DNA from: an uncultured virus (IMG/VR IMGVR_UViG_3300036815_000199)
Taxonomy: Duplodnaviria > Heunggongvirae > Uroviricota > Caudoviricetes
Length of the DNA stretch: 26,428 nt
IMG/VR virus record: IMGVR_UViG_3300036815_000199
Direction: 5' to 3' (one strand)
Below, in pieces: positions 23,594 through 26,428 of this stretch (the stretch's first letter is position 1; each line of letters opens with the position of its first letter). Below the pieces are notes generated by a model, which made no database searches, was not told the DNA's origin, and saw only the letters and a list, made by a program, of their open reading frames with translations. The position numbers and the translations under genes were made by a program.

Positions 23594-24012
23594 CCCACCC
23601 CGCGCACTACGAAATCATCGGCGGCCCCGCGCCGTACCCCGACTCGGCGGCCGCGCTCAAGGCGGCGGCTACCCGCCGTGACCAGGTCACGGCCAGGCAG
23701 GCGGCGGACATGGCGCAGGCATCCGCGGACACGCCCGGTAACGGCCCCGGCTGGCCGGGCGGCGCCGACGGCGCGCTGATCGCCCGCACCTTCCTGCAGG
23801 CGCTCGGCGACAGCCTCGACGAGGCGTGGCCCGAGCTGATCGCCCGCGCGTGCAGTTACGCCGGGATGGGCGCGCCGATCCCCGGCGCCGACGCCTACGT
23901 CGCATGGCTCGCCGCGGCGCTCGGCGTGCCCGTCGACGAGGCGCCGTTCGAGCTCGACCAGCTGATCCCCGGCCTGCCCGTGGACACGCGCGGACACGAG
24001 GTCACGTCATGA
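23590..24012 (+). CDS. hypothetical protein
   Basis: GAAGGAGAGG RBS, ATGA overlap. Confidence 0.75.
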   Translation: MTHPAHYEIIGGPAPYPDSAAALKAAATRRDQVTARQAADMAQASADTPGNGPGWPGGADGALIARTFLQALGDSLDEAWPELIARACSYAGMGAPIPGADAYVAWLAAALGVPVDEAPFELDQLIPGLPVDTRGHEVTS

Positions 24013-24443
24013 GGGTCCGGATCGGCACCGGCGGGCTGCTGGCGCTGATCGTCCTCGCCGTGATCATCCTGATCGCCGGGCTGCGCTGGCTCGGCTCCAA
24101 CGCCGCCGCTATCAAGGCCGGGGTCGGCACCGGCGTGCTGGTCCTCGTCGTCGCCGGGGTGCTCGGCCTGGCCGTCCACTGGCTGCTGCGCGCCTACCAG
24201 GCCGAGGCGCTGCCCTGGCAGCAGCGGCCCGCGCCGCCCGCCATGCCGCCGGCCGTGATGACCGCCGAGGTGCTGCCCGCCGCCCCGGCCGAGCTGACCG
24301 CGCCGGCCGCGCCTGCCGCGATCGCCGCGCCGCCGCCGGGGGTCACGGTCGTCGTGAGCACCGCCGAGGCCGCCGCGGCGTTCGCCGCCAACCTGCACGT
24401 CCCGCCGCAGGGCGGGCAGGGCGGCGGGAGCCCGGCGGAGTGA
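24009..24443 (+). CDS. two-TM membrane protein with Pro/Ala-rich tail (Spd-like)
   Basis: ATGA overlap; two hydrophobic helices. Confidence 0.75.
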   Translation: MRVRIGTGGLLALIVLAVIILIAGLRWLGSNAAAIKAGVGTGVLVLVVAGVLGLAVHWLLRAYQAEALPWQQRPAPPAMPPAVMTAEVLPAAPAELTAPAAPAAIAAPPPGVTVVVSTAEAAAAFAANLHVPPQGGQGGGSPAE

Positions 24444-24682
24444 CCGCCGCGGCCGGCGCGGGGAGCGTCACTACGATGATGCGCCGCCGCCGCGGCGGCC
24501 AGCCTGGGGCGGCGGCGACAGCCACGTCCACGACACCGCCCCAGGTCCTTGAGGCTGAGCCCACCGGCCGTCCGTGTGTGGCCGCAGGGCACGACGGGAC
24601 GCTATCAAGCCCGCCGCGGCCGCGCCGCCCGAACCGGGGAACTGATGGCGTTTTCACCGCGGCGGCTGAGGGGGCCGCCGCG

Positions 24683-25318
24683 GTGCCCGATCCTGATGGC
24701 GCTTTTACGCAAAAACGCCATAGGAACGCGCACGCCGGGTCGGAGCGGCCCGCCGAGCCGCTGACCCCCGCCGAGGTCGCCGGCCTGCTCGCCGCGTGCT
24801 CGCGGTCCTCCTGGAGCGGGGTCCGCGACCGGGCGATGATCACCGTGCTGTACCGGTCCGGGCTGCGCGTGTCGGAACTGCTCGGCCTGCGGCTGTCCGA
24901 CCTCGACCCGGCCGCGCGGACGCTGCGGCTGCGGCACACCAAATCGCGTCGCCCGCAGACCCGCGGCTACCACCCCGCCGCCGACGACGCCCTGGCGCTG
25001 TGGCTGCAGCTGCGCCGCCCGATGGGGCCCGGGCCGCTGTTCTGCACCCGGGCGGGCGGCCCGATCTGGCCGCAGCAGGTCCGCGCGACGCTCGCCCGCC
25101 TGGCGGCCCGCGCGCAGATCGACAAGGCGGTCCGGCCGCACGGGCTGCGGCACACCCTGGCCGTCGAGCTGCTGCGCGCCGGCGAGGACATCGCCATGAT
25201 CTCCAAGGTGCTGGGCCACTCCTCGATCGCCACCACGGCGCGCTACCTTGATCACCTGACCAACAGCGCCGCGCTGGCCCGGCTCACCACGGCCAGCCTG
25301 CCGGCGCTGGGCCCGTGA
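24683..25318 (+). CDS. tyrosine recombinase, catalytic domain only
   Basis: RDRAMI..LYRSGLRVSE (R), HTK (K), HGLRH, LGHSS, ARYL (Y). Start chosen at GTG after GAGGGG; uncertain, frame is open from 24440. Confidence 0.92.
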   Translation: MPDPDGAFTQKRHRNAHAGSERPAEPLTPAEVAGLLAACSRSSWSGVRDRAMITVLYRSGLRVSELLGLRLSDLDPAARTLRLRHTKSRRPQTRGYHPAADDALALWLQLRRPMGPGPLFCTRAGGPIWPQQVRATLARLAARAQIDKAVRPHGLRHTLAVELLRAGEDIAMISKVLGHSSIATTARYLDHLTNSAALARLTTASLPALGP

Positions 25319-25336
25319 CAACAGGGTGGGGCTCCG

Positions 25337-25516
25337 GTGATCATCGTGCTGGCCGAGACCAACAGGGACATGGCGGCGATCGAGCGGGCCGAGCGGACCC
25401 GCACGGCGGGCCTGTTCCACGGCCGGCCGTACGCGGTGATGCGGATCCTGCCCGGCAAGCTGCCCGTGTTCGACTCCGCCCGCCGCGACGACGGCGGCCC
25501 GCCCCCCCGATCGTGA
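25337..25516 (+). CDS. 59-aa hypothetical protein (MIIVLAETNRDMAAIE...)
   Basis: Translated by hand; high GC3; fills the gap between flanking genes. Confidence 0.55.
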   Translation: MIIVLAETNRDMAAIERAERTRTAGLFHGRPYAVMRILPGKLPVFDSARRDDGGPPPRS

Positions 25517-25524
25517 GGACCGCC

Positions 25525-25818
25525 GTGCCCGCTATCTCACTGTCCATCGTCCGCGCCGGCGACCCGCCGCCGTGGTCCGACCTCACCGAACCGGACCGGT
25601 ACGTCGCGCCCGGCGCGTCGTGGGAGCTGGCCATCTTCGAGCGCGGCATGCAATCCGGCAAGCCGTCGGTCGCGCTGCGGGTGGACTACACCCCCGGCGG
25701 CGGCCCGGTGATCATCTTCGAGAACAGCATGGCCGCGTGGATCGCCGCCACCGCCGCGATGCGCGGCGCGTTCCCCGAGGCGTTCGCCGATGGCCCGCTG
25801 GCCGCGCCGCCTGCCTAG
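25525..25818 (+). CDS. phage-type hypothetical protein
   Basis: GMQSGKPSVALRVD...ENS motif recalled from phage hypotheticals; GAGGA RBS; alternative start at 25513. Confidence 0.7.
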   Translation: MPAISLSIVRAGDPPPWSDLTEPDRYVAPGASWELAIFERGMQSGKPSVALRVDYTPGGGPVIIFENSMAAWIAATAAMRGAFPEAFADGPLAAPPA

Positions 25819-26092
25819 CCGGGCCGACCGGCGGGCGCTGCGGACCTTCCGGCTGCTGCTGGCCCGCCGCGCCACCTGCCCGCCGCCGACCCGGCCGGCC
25901 GGGCACGCCGCCGACGGGCTGCCCGCGCACTGGCTGGCCTGCGCCGAGCTGTACGCGGCGGCCGCGCCGCGCGCCCTGGCCGTCAGCCCGCTGCTGGCCG
26001 GGATGATCCTCGACCAGGCCGCCCGGGACCGGTACGCGGCGGCGCGGGCCGAGGCGTGGCAGCGGGTCATGCCCGGCGCTGGCGGTCCGTGA
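25790..26092 (+). CDS. hypothetical protein
   Basis: High-GC3 ORF overlapping the previous gene. Confidence 0.55.
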   Translation: MARWPRRLPSRADRRALRTFRLLLARRATCPPPTRPAGHAADGLPAHWLACAELYAAAAPRALAVSPLLAGMILDQAARDRYAAARAEAWQRVMPGAGGP

Positions 26093-26428
26093 CCGGGCGG
26101 CTGCTGCGGGTGTACGGTAGGCGGACCCGGGGCACTTGGGGGACGGTCCGCCGTTCCGCTCCCGGGCGTACGGCACGGCACGCCGCCGGAGCCTGGCCTT
26201 GCGCCGGCAGCGTGGCACGGCGCGCCGCCTGGGCGGATGGATTGGCGCCTTTAGGGGCGGCGTGAGAACGGCACCACGAGGTCACCGGGGCCAAGTCAGG
26301 ACGGGCCAATCCGCCCGCGGCCGGGATGGGCGCCAACAGCGTCGCCCGCTTCGCCCGGCCGTGCGGACACTGCCCGGCGCGCACCCCAGACCACGGTGAA
26401 CCTCCGCCGGCCGGCCGCGGCCCGCAGA

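Larger units (their letters stand above)
15760..25318. mobile_element. conjugative transfer/regulation module of an actinomycete plasmid or AICE-like element
   Basis: GntR repressor, Spd-like proteins, coupling protein, FtsK/TraB and tyrosine recombinase together; element boundaries are not visible. Confidence 0.7.

Noticed and set aside
24440..24682. N-terminal 81 codons of the recombinase ORF
   Set aside because: Low-complexity, weaker codon bias and no recognisable binding domain; more likely regulatory, though not excluded.
26089..26428. Short ORFs at the right end
   Set aside because: Weak codon bias, no RBS or motifs; cannot be supported.
1..26428. Prophage call
   Set aside because: Ligase, HNH and small ORFs are phage-like, but no terminase, capsid or tail genes are in the window; element type is left open.

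Overview
Very GC-rich actinobacterial DNA that looks like part of a large mobile element (conjugative plasmid/AICE-like or phage-plasmid); no chromosomal housekeeping genes are evident. Left to right: 3' part of an ATP-dependent DNA ligase; a minus-strand cargo operon (cytochrome P450, MFS transporter, TraB/GumN/Tiki-like protein); an ~11 kb island (4.2-15.7 kb) of about 30 small, mostly Cys-rich or membrane/secreted ORFs diverging from ~5.9 kb; a KorSA-like GntR repressor divergent from a transfer operon (DUF2637/Spd-like protein, apparently split VirD4-like coupling protein, Arg-rich protein, NUMOD4-HNH endonuclease, FtsK/TraB-like translocase, second Arg-rich protein, Zn-finger membrane protein); a catalytic-domain-only tyrosine recombinase and small phage-like ORFs. 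The most striking signals are non-coding and lie in the small-ORF island: two intercistronic type II hammerhead ribozyme-like structures (12345-12409, 13763-13817), five copies of a 27-nt promoter/start motif each preceded by an inverted repeat, and about 14 copies of an extended ribosome-binding motif. Family assignments come from motifs recognised by eye; no database search or folding program was run.
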